DNA of 64,000 nucleotides from an uncultured Gemmatimonadales bacterium (GCA_963850905.1 CAWKMU010000003.1:3136001-3200000); one strand, 5' to 3'. Numbered from the stretch's first letter, positions 41,728-52,921 are shown. The notes: generated from the letters alone by a model not told the origin. A program made the numbers and translations.

Positions 41728-43243
41728 ATGATGCCGGGCCGTCGACTGGAACGCGTATCCCCGCGCCGCGCGCGAATCCTCTTGCTGGCGGCTGCGCCCT
41801 TTGGGTCCGCGGCTGGACTGTTCGCTCAGAGCCCGATGCCGTCCGGGGGGTCGCTGGACGCTCAGCAGATCCAGGCCCTCGATGCCTTTGTGACCAACGA
41901 AATGACTCGCCAGAGGATTCCGGGCCTGGCCGTCGGGGTGTACCGCCGCGGACAGATCCTGCTGGCCAAGGGCTACGGTCAAGCCAATGTCGAATTAGGG
42001 GTCCCGGTCAAGCCAGAGACGATCTTTCAGTCTGGTTCCGTGGGGAAGCAGTTCGTCTCCGCCGCGATCATGATGCTCGTTGAAGAAGGCAAGATCTCGC
42101 TTGACGAAAGCGTAACGAAGTATTTCCCCGACGCTCCCGCGAGCTGGAAACCCATCCGCATCAAAAACCTGCTGTCGCATACCTCGGGACTCGCCGAATA
42201 CGAGACTCCCGAGCGCACCGGACCCAAAGGGCCGTTCTACTTGCGGCTCGATTTCACCGAAGACCAGATCGTCAAGAAAATCGAAGCGCTCCCCGTCGAG
42301 TGGGCACCGGGAGATAAATGGGGCTACCGCAATACGAACTACGTTCTCCTCGGCGTCATCATACACACGATCACCGGCGAGCCGTACTACGAGTTTCTGG
42401 GTGAGCGCATTTTCAAGCCGCTCGGCATGGCATCCACACGGCTCATCAGCGACCGCGACGTCATCCCGAATCGGTCGGCCGGATACGAGATCGACAAGGG
42501 CGAGCTGAAAAACCAGGATTGGGTCTCGCCCACGTTCAACTCCACCGCTGACGGCGCCCTGTACTTCAACGTCCTCGACCTGGCCAGATGGGACGGAGCG
42601 CTGTCCGGCACACAACTGCTGAAGCAGTCGAGCCTGGACCGCATTTGGACGGTCTATCCTCTGAATAATGGAAAGCCGAATCCGGCCGGCTACGGGTTTG
42701 CCTGGTTCATCGGCGCGCAGAACGGCCACACACGCATCGAACATAGCGGTGCATGGCAGGGCTTCACGTGCAATATCTCCCGATACCCGGATGACAGCCT
42801 CACGGTCGTCGTGCTCACCAACCTGGACGAGGAACACTCGAATCCGGATCTGATTGCGCATGTCACTGCGGGTCTCATCGACGCCCCACTCCTTCCGGCG
42901 AAACTCACGCCGATCGCCGACACCCAGCCCGCAATTGCGGCTTCCTTGACGAAGCTTCTGGATCAGGTGGTGGCGGGCGTGGACATTCGTCCGCGCACCA
43001 CGGCGGCACTCGCCGCGGCGCTGACACCCGAAGCAAACAAGAGCGCGCAGCAGCGTCTCTCCAAGCTCTGGCCGGGCGGGACGCTGACACTCGTCAAGCG
43101 GACATCAATCGCCAGCGACGCTGGCGAGACGTCGAATGTTTCGCCTGAGCAAGGGCGCTCAAGCTGTCTTGATCTCCTTCGGCCTCGACTCCAGCGGCAA
43201 GGTGTCCACGCTGGGCCTTTCACCTGACCGCGATTACGAATGA
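41728..43243 (+). CDS. Serine hydrolase, beta-lactamase/AmpC-like; probable frameshift at about 43135
   Basis: SVGK (SxxK), LLSHTSG, YRN, HSG; a plausible C-terminus (MFRLSKG...LSPDRDYE*) continues in the +1 frame. Confidence 0.85.
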
Positions 43244-43478
43244 TCGAGGCTGCGCTCGCGCGGCATAGCCCCCGCGAGCAGCAGCACGGCACCGCCAAAC
43301 AACAGCGTATCCACTCGCTGAGAGGCGCGCCTGAATCGCCACCAGTCCACTTTCTCCCATTTCGAGCGGGCCATTTGTCGCGGACGCGCCGCACCGGCAC
43401 GCCGTGTTGACGCGCCACCGCCGCGCGATATAGTCAACGCATGCGCATGCTGGCACACCCTTCATCCGTCGGCGCCGC

Positions 43479-44768
43479 ATGACACGCAACAGCGCTGTCG
43501 CCCGAGCATCCGAGCCGGTGCCCGTTAGCCCGGCGGCCATCGAGCGACCGTTGCAGCTCGTTGCAGCCGAGAGCCCAAGCGCGGCGCTGGCGACTCGACG
43601 ACCTCGCGTACAGGCGGTCGACGCGCTGCGCGGGCTGATCATGATCATCATGGCGCTCGACCACGACCGCGATTTCATCCACGCGGGCGCACAGTCGTTC
43701 TCGCCAGAGGATCTCAGCAAGACCAGCGCGATCCTGTTCTTCACCCGCTGGGTCACGCACATCTGTGCGCCGGTGTTCATGTTCACCGCAGGCATCGGGG
43801 CGTACCTGTGGCTCCAGCGAGGCCGCACGAAGCGTCAGCTGGCCACCTATTTGATCAGTCGCGGCATCTGGCTGCTCCTGCTCGAGGTCACCGTCGTACA
43901 CCTCGCGATGACCTTCAACTTCAGCATGGATGTGCTGGTCCTCGAGGTCATCTGGGCGCTCGGCTGGTGCATGATCCTGCTCGCCGGACTCGCCTACCTC
44001 CCGACGGCGGCCCTGGCGGGGCTCAGCATCGCCCTCATCCTGCTGCACAACCTGGCCAATGGCGTCGACCCCTCCTCGTTCGGGCGACTGTCGTGGCTCT
44101 GGATGTGGCTGCATCAACCGGGACCGCTCGTCACCGGTCCGCACACCGTGATCCTGGCGTACCCGATCATTCCGTGGATCGCCGTCATGTCTGCCGGCTT
44201 CTGTTTCGGCCGGGTGCTGCAGCTCGATCAGCCGATGCGGCGGAAGCTGATGATCCGACTGGGCATTGGGCTGTCGCTCGGCTTCGTCGCGATTCGATTG
44301 CTGAACGTCTACGGTGATCCGTTCGCCTGGACCGTGCAGCGGACACGCCTGTTCACAGTGCTGTCGTTCCTCCGGGCAACGAAATATCCGCCCTCGCTCG
44401 CGTTTCTGCTCATGACGATGGGCCCGGCGTTGCTCCTGCTGGCGTGGTTCGACGGTCGACGGTTCACGCGGGGCAGTCCGCTCGTCGTCTTTGGACGGGT
44501 GCCGCTCTTCTTCTTCATCGTGCACTTGTACCTGCTGCACGCCGTGAGCGTGGTGCTGATGTACGCGCGGTATGGTGACGCCTCATTTCTGTTCGCGACG
44601 CTGCCGGCGCTCGGTGGCCCTCGGGCGGATTTCCCGCAAGACCTCGGCGTGTCGCTGCCGATCGTCTACCTTGTCTGGGTGGGCGCACTGCTGCTGCTGT
44701 ATCCGTTGTGCCGGTGGTTTGGATCGCTCAAGCAGCGTCGCGACGATTGGTGGCTCAGCTATCTCTGA
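43479..44768 (+). CDS. DUF1624 / HGSNAT-like membrane acyltransferase
   Basis: VDALRGLIMIIMALDH, RWVTHICAP, TKYPPSL, FGRVPLFF, WWLSYL. Confidence 0.85.
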   Translation: MTRNSAVARASEPVPVSPAAIERPLQLVAAESPSAALATRRPRVQAVDALRGLIMIIMALDHDRDFIHAGAQSFSPEDLSKTSAILFFTRWVTHICAPVFMFTAGIGAYLWLQRGRTKRQLATYLISRGIWLLLLEVTVVHLAMTFNFSMDVLVLEVIWALGWCMILLAGLAYLPTAALAGLSIALILLHNLANGVDPSSFGRLSWLWMWLHQPGPLVTGPHTVILAYPIIPWIAVMSAGFCFGRVLQLDQPMRRKLMIRLGIGLSLGFVAIRLLNVYGDPFAWTVQRTRLFTVLSFLRATKYPPSLAFLLMTMGPALLLLAWFDGRRFTRGSPLVVFGRVPLFFFIVHLYLLHAVSVVLMYARYGDASFLFATLPALGGPRADFPQDLGVSLPIVYLVWVGALLLLYPLCRWFGSLKQRRDDWWLSYL

Positions 44769-44812
44769 GCACACCCACGGGGCCGACACTCGACGAAAGC
44801 GGGGTGCGTACA

Positions 44813-45325
44813 ATGAAAGTCACCGAGCTCCTCTCTGCCGAACTCGACCGCGAAGGCGTCAGGATCCGCAAGACGCTCGAGCGGGTGCCGGAAGGCAAGA
44901 ACGACTGGAAGCCGCACGAGAAGTCGATGCCACTCGGCTATCTGGCCACGGTCGTCGCCACCATACCTTCGTGGCTCGACCTGGTCGTGAACATGGACGA
45001 ATTGGACATCAATCCACCGGCTGGGCCGCGGTCCAGGCCGCCGGAGTGGAAGTCGCGCAAGGATCTTCTCGCCCAGTTCGACAGCAGTCTCGAAAAGGGA
45101 AAGAAAGTGCTGCGAGAGACGACAGATGAGCGGCTCCTCACGACCAAGTGGCGGATGTTGAACGGCGGCAAGGTCGTGAGTGAACAGACGCGCTACGAAG
45201 CCATCCGCGACGGCGTCTTGAACCACATGGCCCACCACCGCGGACAGCTCACCGTCTACCTGCGGCTCAACGAAGCCAAGGTGCCGGCGATCTACGGTCC
45301 CTCAGCGGATGAAGGTCACGGGTGA
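44813..45325 (+). CDS. DinB family protein
   Basis: WKPHEKSMPLG, NHMAHHRGQLTVYLR, PAIYGPSAD. Confidence 0.9.
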   Translation: MKVTELLSAELDREGVRIRKTLERVPEGKNDWKPHEKSMPLGYLATVVATIPSWLDLVVNMDELDINPPAGPRSRPPEWKSRKDLLAQFDSSLEKGKKVLRETTDERLLTTKWRMLNGGKVVSEQTRYEAIRDGVLNHMAHHRGQLTVYLRLNEAKVPAIYGPSADEGHG

Positions 45326-45350
45326 TTGATAGACGTCTAGGGTCGAGCGT

Positions 45351-48047
45351 CTATTCCGTTCGTATTGCCTTTAACGGATCCACGCGCATGGCGCGCGTCG
45401 CAGGGATGAACGCGGCGAGCGCCGCGCTCAAGCCCAACACGACCGTCGCGAGCCCGATCGATGGGGGATCGAAAAGGCCGATATGAAACAGCTCGGCGCG
45501 CGCAAGGCGAGCCGACATCAGGGCCGCCGGTAGTCCGACGGCCATGCCGGCAGTGGTCATCAGCACGGCCTCGCGCACGACCATTCGACCGACGGTTCCG
45601 GGCGCGGCACCCAGTGCCATCCTGAGTCCGAACTCCGCAGTTCGGCGCACCGTCGTATAGGCCATCACACCATACAAACCGAGTGCCGCGAGCACGAGCG
45701 CGAGCAGTCCGAAGAACGACACCATCGTCGCGACGAGTCGGTCGCCACTGATTGAATCGCGGATGAGATCGTTCAACGGGTCCACACTCAGGATCGCGAG
45801 TGACGGGTTGGCGCTTGCCACCGCCTGGCGGAGCGGAACGACGAGCCGCGCGGGATCACCCGATGCCCGGACTTCAAACCGGATATAGCTCTCCGGCGCC
45901 GTGTCCTGGAGGCTCGGGCGGTATAGTCGCCTGACGGGCGGCGAGCGAACGCTTCTCTCCTCGATGTCACCGACGACGCCGATGACCTCCCAGGTCGCGC
46001 TATCGGCGACCACGAGGTGTCCAACAGCTTCTCCGCGTGGGAAAAAGAAGTTGGCGAAGGACGCGTTCACGACCACGACCTTGGGACTCGTCTCGTTGTC
46101 ACGCGCCTCGAAGTCCCGTCCGCGAAGGAGGTGCGCTCCGACTGCATGAAAGTACGCCGGGCCGACGGCATCTTCGGTGACGAGTGAGTCAGTGTCCGCC
46201 CGAGCGGTAAACCCTTCGACCTGCACAGTGGTCATCGACTCCGTGCCGCTGAAGATCCCATTGGCCGACGCACTCACGGCGTCCACTCCTGGCACGCGTT
46301 GGATACGCGCAATGATGTCGCGTTCGAGTGCGATGAGACGCGCGCCGGAAAAACCGGTACGCTGCGCGTCGACGTCCACAATCGCGAGCTTGTCCCGCGC
46401 AACGCCCACATCAGCGCGGGTCAGGCGAAGCGTGCTTCGACCCAACATGCCCGCACCCACGACGAGTAGCATGGACAGGGCGACCTGTGCGACGACGAGA
46501 TAGCGGCCCAACGAAAGCGATCGCGGCCCGCCACCTCGCCCCTGTCTCAGGGCAGTAGCGACCGGGAAATGGGTGGCCCGGTACGCAGGCAGGACGCCGA
46601 ATAGCACGGCCGTGGCACAGGAAAGCCCCACGGCAAAGCCCAGGATCCGGCCATCCAGATGCAGAGCGAGGCTGACGCCGCCGACGAGATGCAGCAAGAC
46701 CTTGCTGGCGAAGTATGCCGCGATGAGGCCGAAGGTGGTGCCGAGCATCGCGAGCACTATGCTTTCGGTGAGGAACTGCTGGATGAGACGCAGTCGCCCG
46801 GCACCAATGGCGATCCGGACGCCGATCTCTCTGGAGCGCGCGACGGCGCGCGAGAGGAGGAGATTCGCGACGTTGGCGCAGACGACGAGCAGCACGAGCG
46901 CCACCGCAACCATGAGCGTCACGAGCTTGCTCGCGTATTGAGAACGGTAATACGAAAAGCCCAATGCGCCCGAGGTGACCTCCACCGGCTTCTCATGCAG
47001 CGCGCGCTCGACGGAGCCATGGTCAGCGGCGGTGGTATGTGCCAGCAACGACCGCGTCGCGATGGTCGTCAACTCGGCCCGCGCGTTGGCGAGTGTTACG
47101 CCGGGCGCAAGACGGCCCATCAACAGCAGCCAGGCCACGCCGCGGTCCGTCAGCCACGTGGTCTGCGGCATGAGCACGGGCTGCATCATGATCGGGATCC
47201 AGAGGTCAGTCGCTTGGCCGACCACGTCGCCCGTGAAGTCCGGAGTGGCGACGCCGATGATCGTCAGGGGAACCCCGTTGATCGAGATGGTGCGTCCGAT
47301 CGCCGCGCGATCGCCGGCGAACGTGCGCTGCCAGTACCCGTAACTGAGGACGACAACTGGATCGCTGCCGGGAGACCGATCTTCGTCGACTGCAAACGTG
47401 CGCCCCGCGACTGCGCGTACGCCGAGTACGGTGAAGAAGTTGGCGGACACGTATCGGCCGTGTGGGTGGGTCGCTTCGTCGCCGCGCTGAACGACCACAT
47501 CGAGCCGGTTCGTTCGACCATTCGCGTAGAGGCCTGAGAGCGCGTGCGACTGATCGCGGAGGTCGACGTACAACGGATACGATGCGATCCGGGTCTGGGC
47601 CGGGCCGACGGAGAGGCCACCCGTTCGGCTGGGGTCACCGAAGGCGACCAGCTGCTCGGGATGCGCCACTGGCAACGGTCGAAGCATCAGCGCATCGATC
47701 AGTGTGAAGATCGCGGTATTGGCGCCGATCCCGACGGTCAATATCAGGAGGACGATGAAGGCGAAACCCGGTTGACGCCGCAGCGTGCGCAGCGCGTAGA
47801 TCGCATCCTGTCGCAGATTGCCGAGGAACCCCGCCCAGCGCTGTGCGCGGTCGCGGTCCCGGTCGATGGCCAGACATTCCGAGCGCACGCTCGAGAGGTC
47901 ACCGAATCGCTGGAGTGCCTGTGCGCGAGCAAGGTTCGGATCCTGGCCTGCGGAGACCAACGCGCGCTCACGTTCCGCCAGGTGGAACGCGATCTCGTCA
48001 TCGAGGTCGTGCGTAGGCTGCCCGAGGCGGAAAGGACGGCGAGTCAC
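45351..48047 (-). CDS. ADOP-type ABC transporter permease
   Basis: DAIYALRTLRRQPGF, GIGANTAIF, CANVANLLL, EFGLRMALGA. Confidence 0.9.
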   Translation of the reverse strand: MTRRPFRLGQPTHDLDDEIAFHLAERERALVSAGQDPNLARAQALQRFGDLSSVRSECLAIDRDRDRAQRWAGFLGNLRQDAIYALRTLRRQPGFAFIVLLILTVGIGANTAIFTLIDALMLRPLPVAHPEQLVAFGDPSRTGGLSVGPAQTRIASYPLYVDLRDQSHALSGLYANGRTNRLDVVVQRGDEATHPHGRYVSANFFTVLGVRAVAGRTFAVDEDRSPGSDPVVVLSYGYWQRTFAGDRAAIGRTISINGVPLTIIGVATPDFTGDVVGQATDLWIPIMMQPVLMPQTTWLTDRGVAWLLLMGRLAPGVTLANARAELTTIATRSLLAHTTAADHGSVERALHEKPVEVTSGALGFSYYRSQYASKLVTLMVAVALVLLVVCANVANLLLSRAVARSREIGVRIAIGAGRLRLIQQFLTESIVLAMLGTTFGLIAAYFASKVLLHLVGGVSLALHLDGRILGFAVGLSCATAVLFGVLPAYRATHFPVATALRQGRGGGPRSLSLGRYLVVAQVALSMLLVVGAGMLGRSTLRLTRADVGVARDKLAIVDVDAQRTGFSGARLIALERDIIARIQRVPGVDAVSASANGIFSGTESMTTVQVEGFTARADTDSLVTEDAVGPAYFHAVGAHLLRGRDFEARDNETSPKVVVVNASFANFFFPRGEAVGHLVVADSATWEVIGVVGDIEERSVRSPPVRRLYRPSLQDTAPESYIRFEVRASGDPARLVVPLRQAVASANPSLAILSVDPLNDLIRDSISGDRLVATMVSFFGLLALVLAALGLYGVMAYTTVRRTAEFGLRMALGAAPGTVGRMVVREAVLMTTAGMAVGLPAALMSARLARAELFHIGLFDPPSIGLATVVLGLSAALAAFIPATRAMRVDPLKAIRTE

Positions 48048-48049
48048 GT

Positions 48050-48397
48050 TTAGACGGGTAGCGGGGCGGTTGCCCGTAACGCGCGGCCGGTCGCTTCAAC
48101 GAAGCGCTGCCACGATGACGTCCCGGACGTGAGGCGCTGACGCCCAGCGGAGCTCAGCCGATAGAACTTCGCGTGCCGATTCGAGTCGGAGAGGCCCCAC
48201 TCGGCTGCGATCAGCCGCTGTCCCTCCAGGCGGTGCAGGGCAGGGTACAGCGTGCCCTCGCCGATCAAGAGTGTCTCCCCGGTAGCGCGCTCGATCCATT
48301 CGGCCACGCTGTAGCCGTGTCGCGGCCCCCAGGAGAGCGCCTTGAGAATAAGCAAGTCCAGCGTCCCGCGCGTGAGATTGACCGTGAGTTCATCCAT
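48050..48397 (-). CDS. PadR family transcriptional regulator
   Basis: RGTLDLLILKAL, HGYSVAEWI, GTLYPALHRLE, AKFYRL. Confidence 0.92.
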   Translation of the reverse strand: MDELTVNLTRGTLDLLILKALSWGPRHGYSVAEWIERATGETLLIGEGTLYPALHRLEGQRLIAAEWGLSDSNRHAKFYRLSSAGRQRLTSGTSSWQRFVEATGRALRATAPLPV

Positions 48398-48584
48398 GCC
48401 GCATGCTATGACCCGTACCCATCGCCACGCAAGGGGTGTCGGGTGTGAGATTCGTGCTAGCTTGGCTCGGCTCAATCCGATCGGTGGGCATTGGTAGGGT
48501 CGGCATTGGCGCCTCTCGCGCTTGCGAGCATGGCCCGCCACGCGTCTCCTCTCTACCTTCTGTAAGTGTCCCGTATCGTTCTCG

Positions 48585-48658
48585 GCGCCCGTAGCTCAGG
48601 TGGATAGAGCAGCAGCCTTCTAAGCTGTTGGTCGGAGGTTCGAGTCCTCCCGGGCGCG
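48585..48658 (+). tRNA. tRNA-Arg (anticodon TCT)
   Basis: GCGCCCG/CGGGCGC acceptor, GCAGC-CTTCTAA-GCTGT anticodon arm, GTTCGAGTC T arm. Confidence 0.93.
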
Positions 48659-48749
48659 CTACAGCGGCTGACGCCGCCGACACAAAGCACGAGCCACCGC
48701 CCACAAGGGGTTGTGCTTTGTGGCTTGAGGATGGAGGCCGTCAGCGGTC

Positions 48750-49598
48750 ATGAGAACTGTGATCGGGTTGGTGGGATTGTATCTCGCGATCCTGCTCGCC
48801 ACCTACGCACTGACCAACAAGCTGATTCTTCCCGGGCGTCGCGGCGATCCGCCGACGACGCCAGCCGCAGCGGGGCTCGCGTTCGAGGATCTCAGGATCC
48901 CGGTCGATGGCGCCATGTACATGCACGCCTGGTGGGTGCCTGCCGCGCAGCCCTCGCGTAGGGTGATTCTCTTCTTCCACGGGAACTACGAGTCGCTGGA
49001 AACCGAGGCGACGGCCGAGGTCCCGCTCTTGCACGCGACCAACGCCAACGTGCTGGTGGTGGACTATCGGGGTTACGGTTCCAGCAGCCCGCTCCAGGCG
49101 AGCGGCCCGACGACCGAGGCGGACGCCCGGGCCGCGCTTCGTTACCTGACCGAGCAGCGACACGTGGCACTGTCGGACATCGTGCTCGCGGGTCGATCAA
49201 TCGGGGCTGGAGTGGCGACGCAACTCGCGGTCGAGTCTCCGGGGATCGCCAGTCTCATTCTCATGACGCCAGTCACTAGCATCGCCAATGTCGCGAACCA
49301 GGCATGGATATTCCGCTACCTCCTGCGGCCTGTCGAGTGGTTTACACGGGCGAGCAACTTCGACACCGAAGCCAGGATCACCGCGGTGCACGCCCCGCTC
49401 TTGATCGTGGCCGGTACACGCGATGCGCTGGCCCGGCCGTGGATGGCCGAGCGGATCCACAGGCGGGCCAACGCGCCCAAGTCGCTGCACATGGTCGAGG
49501 GTGCGGACCATAACGACATCGTGGAACGCATGGACACCGGTGTGCGGCGCGCGCTTCGTACGTTCGTGACGCGTGACTCCGTCGCCTCTGGGGCGTAG
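48750..49598 (+). CDS. Alpha/beta hydrolase (ABHD12/13-like)
   Basis: FFHGN, DYRGYG, GRSIG nucleophile elbow, GADHND. Confidence 0.85.
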   Translation: MRTVIGLVGLYLAILLATYALTNKLILPGRRGDPPTTPAAAGLAFEDLRIPVDGAMYMHAWWVPAAQPSRRVILFFHGNYESLETEATAEVPLLHATNANVLVVDYRGYGSSSPLQASGPTTEADARAALRYLTEQRHVALSDIVLAGRSIGAGVATQLAVESPGIASLILMTPVTSIANVANQAWIFRYLLRPVEWFTRASNFDTEARITAVHAPLLIVAGTRDALARPWMAERIHRRANAPKSLHMVEGADHNDIVERMDTGVRRALRTFVTRDSVASGA

Positions 49599-49664
49599 AA
49601 CCGCGGCACGGTGCGGCCTTTGCGTCGAAGGGTTGCACCACCCAACGAGCGCGGGGAGACGGCC

Positions 49665-49898
49665 ATGCGCCAAGTCTATCTGATCATCATCGTTCTGTTG
49701 GCAGTTGCCACCTTCACCTTCAGCGCGCAAAACCTCGAGATCGTCACGCTGTCATTCCTGGGGTTCGGTATCCGCGCACCGCTCGCCGTGATTACTGCGA
49801 TTATCTACGTCTTGGGTGCAGTGACTGGCGCCGGCCTGCTGGCGTTCGTGCGCAAGTCGGTCGAGGCCTCGAAGGGAACTGCCGCGCAGGTGCCGTAG
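49665..49898 (+). CDS. LapA/DUF1049-like small membrane protein
   Basis: FSAQNLEIVTLSFLG and two TM helices; GGAG SD. Confidence 0.65.
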   Translation: MRQVYLIIIVLLAVATFTFSAQNLEIVTLSFLGFGIRAPLAVITAIIYVLGAVTGAGLLAFVRKSVEASKGTAAQVP

Positions 49899-50223
49899 CC
49901 AAGAATTCGGCTGGGGCCGTCGGGGGCGCGCTGCGGGCGAGACGGGGACCCCCCAAGGTCCAATTGGGAATCCCGCGAGGTACGCACAATCTTCTACACT
50001 CCACGCGCATGCCCTCACACCGGCACGCGGTGACGACATGACCGTGGTGGTGGAGTGCGAGCGTCGTCCTGTGATGATACTCGCGTCTGCCCCAGCGGCG
50101 TCGGCACCTGCGCGGCGGCCGTCGGCCGCTCGCGCACGAAGCGCAACTGATTCGAACAAGTGCCTCTTCGGCCAGCGCCGGCACCCGTAACGCGAGGACC
50201 CACTCAACGGAGGGGACGGCAAT

Positions 50224-51765
50224 ATGGCTGCACCGCAAACGAAGAAGCCCAACATCGTCGCGATCATGGCTGACGACATCGGCATCTGGAACATCGGGGC
50301 CTATCACCGGGGAATGATGGCCGGCCGGACGCCGAACCTCGACAAGCTCGCTAGCGAGGGCATGCTATTCACCGATTACTACGGGGAGGCGAGCTGCACC
50401 GCGGGGCGTGCCGCGTTCATCACCGGCCAGCTACCCATACGGACGGGTCTGACCACCGTCGGTCAAGCTGGCGCGGATGTCGGGATGCCGGCGGCAGCGC
50501 CTACGATTGCCACCGTCCTCAAGGACATGGGCTACGCGACCGGGCAGTTCGGGAAGAACCACTTGGGCGATTTGAACAAGTACCTTCCGACGCTCCACGG
50601 ATTCGATGAGTTCTTCGGCTATCTCTACCACCTCGACGCCATGGAGGACCCGTCGCACCCGGAATACCCGAAGGAGTTGTTGAACACGGTCGGCCCACGG
50701 AACATGGTCCATTCGTGGGCAACCGATAAGGACGATGCGACCGTGACGCCGCGGTGGGGCGCGATCGGGAAGCAGAAGGTCGAGGACGCCGGCACGCTTT
50801 ATCCCGAGCGGATGGAGACAGTGGACGAGGAGATTCTCGCCGCCACCATCAAGTTCGTCGACAAGGCCAAGGCGGACGGCACGCCGTTCTTCGTCTGGTA
50901 CAACCCGACCCGCATGCACGTCATCACGCATTTATCGCCGAAGTACCAGGCGCTCCGCAACTCGAAGAACGGCTGGTCCATTCACGAAGCCGGGATGGCG
51001 CAGCTCGACGACTGCGTCGGCTCGCTCATGCAGCACCTGAAAACCACTGGGCTGGACGAGAACACCATCGTCATGTTCACCACCGACAACGGCACCGAGA
51101 CCTTCACCTGGCCGGATGGCGGACAGACGCCATTCTACGGCAGCAAAGGGACCGGCTATGAAGGCGGGTTCCGTTGTCCCGCGATGATTCGCTGGCCCGG
51201 TAAAGTTCCCGCCGGCAAGGTGGAGAATGGCATCATTTCCGGCCAGGACTGGTTGCCGACGTTCGTGGCAGCCGCTGGGAACCCGAACATCGTCGAGGAG
51301 CTCAAGCAGGGCAAGCAACTCGGCGGAAAGACGTACAAGGTGCACTTGGATGGCTACAACCAATTGGACCTGATCACCGGCAAGGGGCCGTCCGCTCGCC
51401 ACGAGGTCTTCTACTTCTCGGAAGCCAACCTGGCGGCGGTGCGCATTGACGACTACAAGTATCGCTTCATCGATCAGCCGGGTGGCTGGCTTGGTGACAA
51501 GAATCACCCGGACGTGCCCATCATCGCGAACCTTCGTCTAGATCCGTTCGAGAAGGCCGGGATGCCAGGGCCAAACGGAAACGTCGGGTCTCTCATGTAC
51601 ATGAACTGGTTCATGTACGAGTTCTGGCGATTCGTCTTCGTGCAGCGCGAAGTGACCAGGCTGGCCATGACGGCTCTCGAGTTCCCGCCGATGCAGAAGG
51701 CGGCGAGCTTCAACCTCGATGCCGTGAAAGAGAAGATCGAGGCAGCCATGGCACACCAACACTAG
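50224..51765 (+). CDS. Arylsulfatase paralog 3
   Basis: PNIVAIMADDIG, SCTAGR, GKNHLG, FTTDNG. Confidence 0.93.
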   Translation: MAAPQTKKPNIVAIMADDIGIWNIGAYHRGMMAGRTPNLDKLASEGMLFTDYYGEASCTAGRAAFITGQLPIRTGLTTVGQAGADVGMPAAAPTIATVLKDMGYATGQFGKNHLGDLNKYLPTLHGFDEFFGYLYHLDAMEDPSHPEYPKELLNTVGPRNMVHSWATDKDDATVTPRWGAIGKQKVEDAGTLYPERMETVDEEILAATIKFVDKAKADGTPFFVWYNPTRMHVITHLSPKYQALRNSKNGWSIHEAGMAQLDDCVGSLMQHLKTTGLDENTIVMFTTDNGTETFTWPDGGQTPFYGSKGTGYEGGFRCPAMIRWPGKVPAGKVENGIISGQDWLPTFVAAAGNPNIVEELKQGKQLGGKTYKVHLDGYNQLDLITGKGPSARHEVFYFSEANLAAVRIDDYKYRFIDQPGGWLGDKNHPDVPIIANLRLDPFEKAGMPGPNGNVGSLMYMNWFMYEFWRFVFVQREVTRLAMTALEFPPMQKAASFNLDAVKEKIEAAMAHQH

Positions 51766-51789
51766 CCGGACCCTCGTCATTCGATGGGA

Positions 51790-51828
51790 CGTTGCGGCGG
51801 GACTTCTGGTTGAAGTCCCGCCGCAACG
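51790..51828. terminator. Perfect 17-bp hairpin after sulfatase 3
   Basis: CGTTGCGGCGGGACTTC-TGGTT-GAAGTCCCGCCGCAACG. Confidence 0.7.
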
Positions 51829-52274
51829 CGTTTAGGGGGGCCGTGTCCGAATCGATGCAGTGTCCTTCTCCGCCTCACGACTGCCGAGTGACCGGGGTCG
51901 CCTTGCGGGTGACCAAAGCGTTCGGATCTGGACTAAGCGCCTCCGTATGACCCGTTGCTCGCGCGTCGCGCGCGGCCGGGTCGAGGGCCATGTTACGCCG
52001 AGGACGCGCGCGCGCTATACTGCCCGCGGGGCTTTGAGTTGCTCGAGCCTGGTAGGTGGAGTCCGTCTTGAGGGCGGCCGGCGGAATGGCGCGCATTGCG
52101 GCGCAATGAAGCCGAGCGGTCGATGCAGGCGGTCGTGCCGCTGTGCCCGGAGTGCGAGCTGTGGGGTGGGAATAGCTCGACCGGTCACCTGAACAAGCGT
52201 CCGTATCTCGGTCGTCGGCCCGGCAAGTGTGCCGGTCGACGATCTCGTTTCACACATCTCGGTGGGATCGACCG

Positions 52275-52694
52275 ATGCAGCTGGATGACAACAGTCCGAT
52301 CATGCGCGCGATGCACCATTGTGCGGACCTGCTCTTTGCCACGCCGAGGCGTTCAGCGAGCGCCGAGGATCTGGTAGCGCTTGCGTTCGAGCGCTACCCC
52401 GAGCGCTGTGCCATCATCTCGATAGACGAGCTGCTTCGGGCGGCGACCCAGGCGCTCGATGCACTCGCTGACCCGGCAGCGTGGATCGCGAACCAGGCAG
52501 CGGTAAGGGAGATGCTCGAGCGGCTCAAACCGTATGCGCACGGGCACCCGCAGTTAACGATCGGCGAGCTCGTTGAGTTGTTGAGGCGCGACGACGCGGA
52601 GGCGGCGGCGGCCATCGACCGGCTGCACGCGCAGTTGCCGATCATTGGGCCAATGCCGTGGGGCGGTGCGATTGCGCCGGACGGTTTGCGGTAG
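52275..52694 (+). CDS. Hypothetical helical protein
   Basis: Protein-like ORF whose TAG stop is the GTAG of a REP. Confidence 0.45.
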   Translation: MQLDDNSPIMRAMHHCADLLFATPRRSASAEDLVALAFERYPERCAIISIDELLRAATQALDALADPAAWIANQAAVREMLERLKPYAHGHPQLTIGELVELLRRDDAEAAAAIDRLHAQLPIIGPMPWGGAIAPDGLR

Positions 52695-52791
52695 GGGCGA
52701 CGCCATGCGTCGCCCGTCCGTGTGCGGTCACGACGGGCGCGGACAACCACGAACCGTCATCCACCGGGTAGGGGCGACGCATGCGTCGCCC
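52691..52791 (+). repeat. Two GTAG-type REP palindromes (52691-52715, 52768-52791)
   Basis: GTAGGGGCGACGC(C)ATGCGTCGCCC. Confidence 0.85.
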
Positions 52792-52921
52792 TCCTGACCG
52801 CATCACGATCGTTGCGGACGAACGGGGCCTGTGTGTTATGCGTATTTCGGTGCCGCAGTTTCCCTTTCGCCTTTTACCTTTCTACCTTACTCGTCTCGTT
52901 CGCCGCGTGAGCGGCGGCATC

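Noticed and set aside
41110..48658. Genomic island between the two tRNA-Arg genes
   Set aside because: Both tRNAs are complete, different isoacceptors; no integrase or att duplication seen
52096..52377. Small ORF with CPEC motif
   Set aside because: Overlaps a better ORF out of frame and has no clear second Cys pair or RBS
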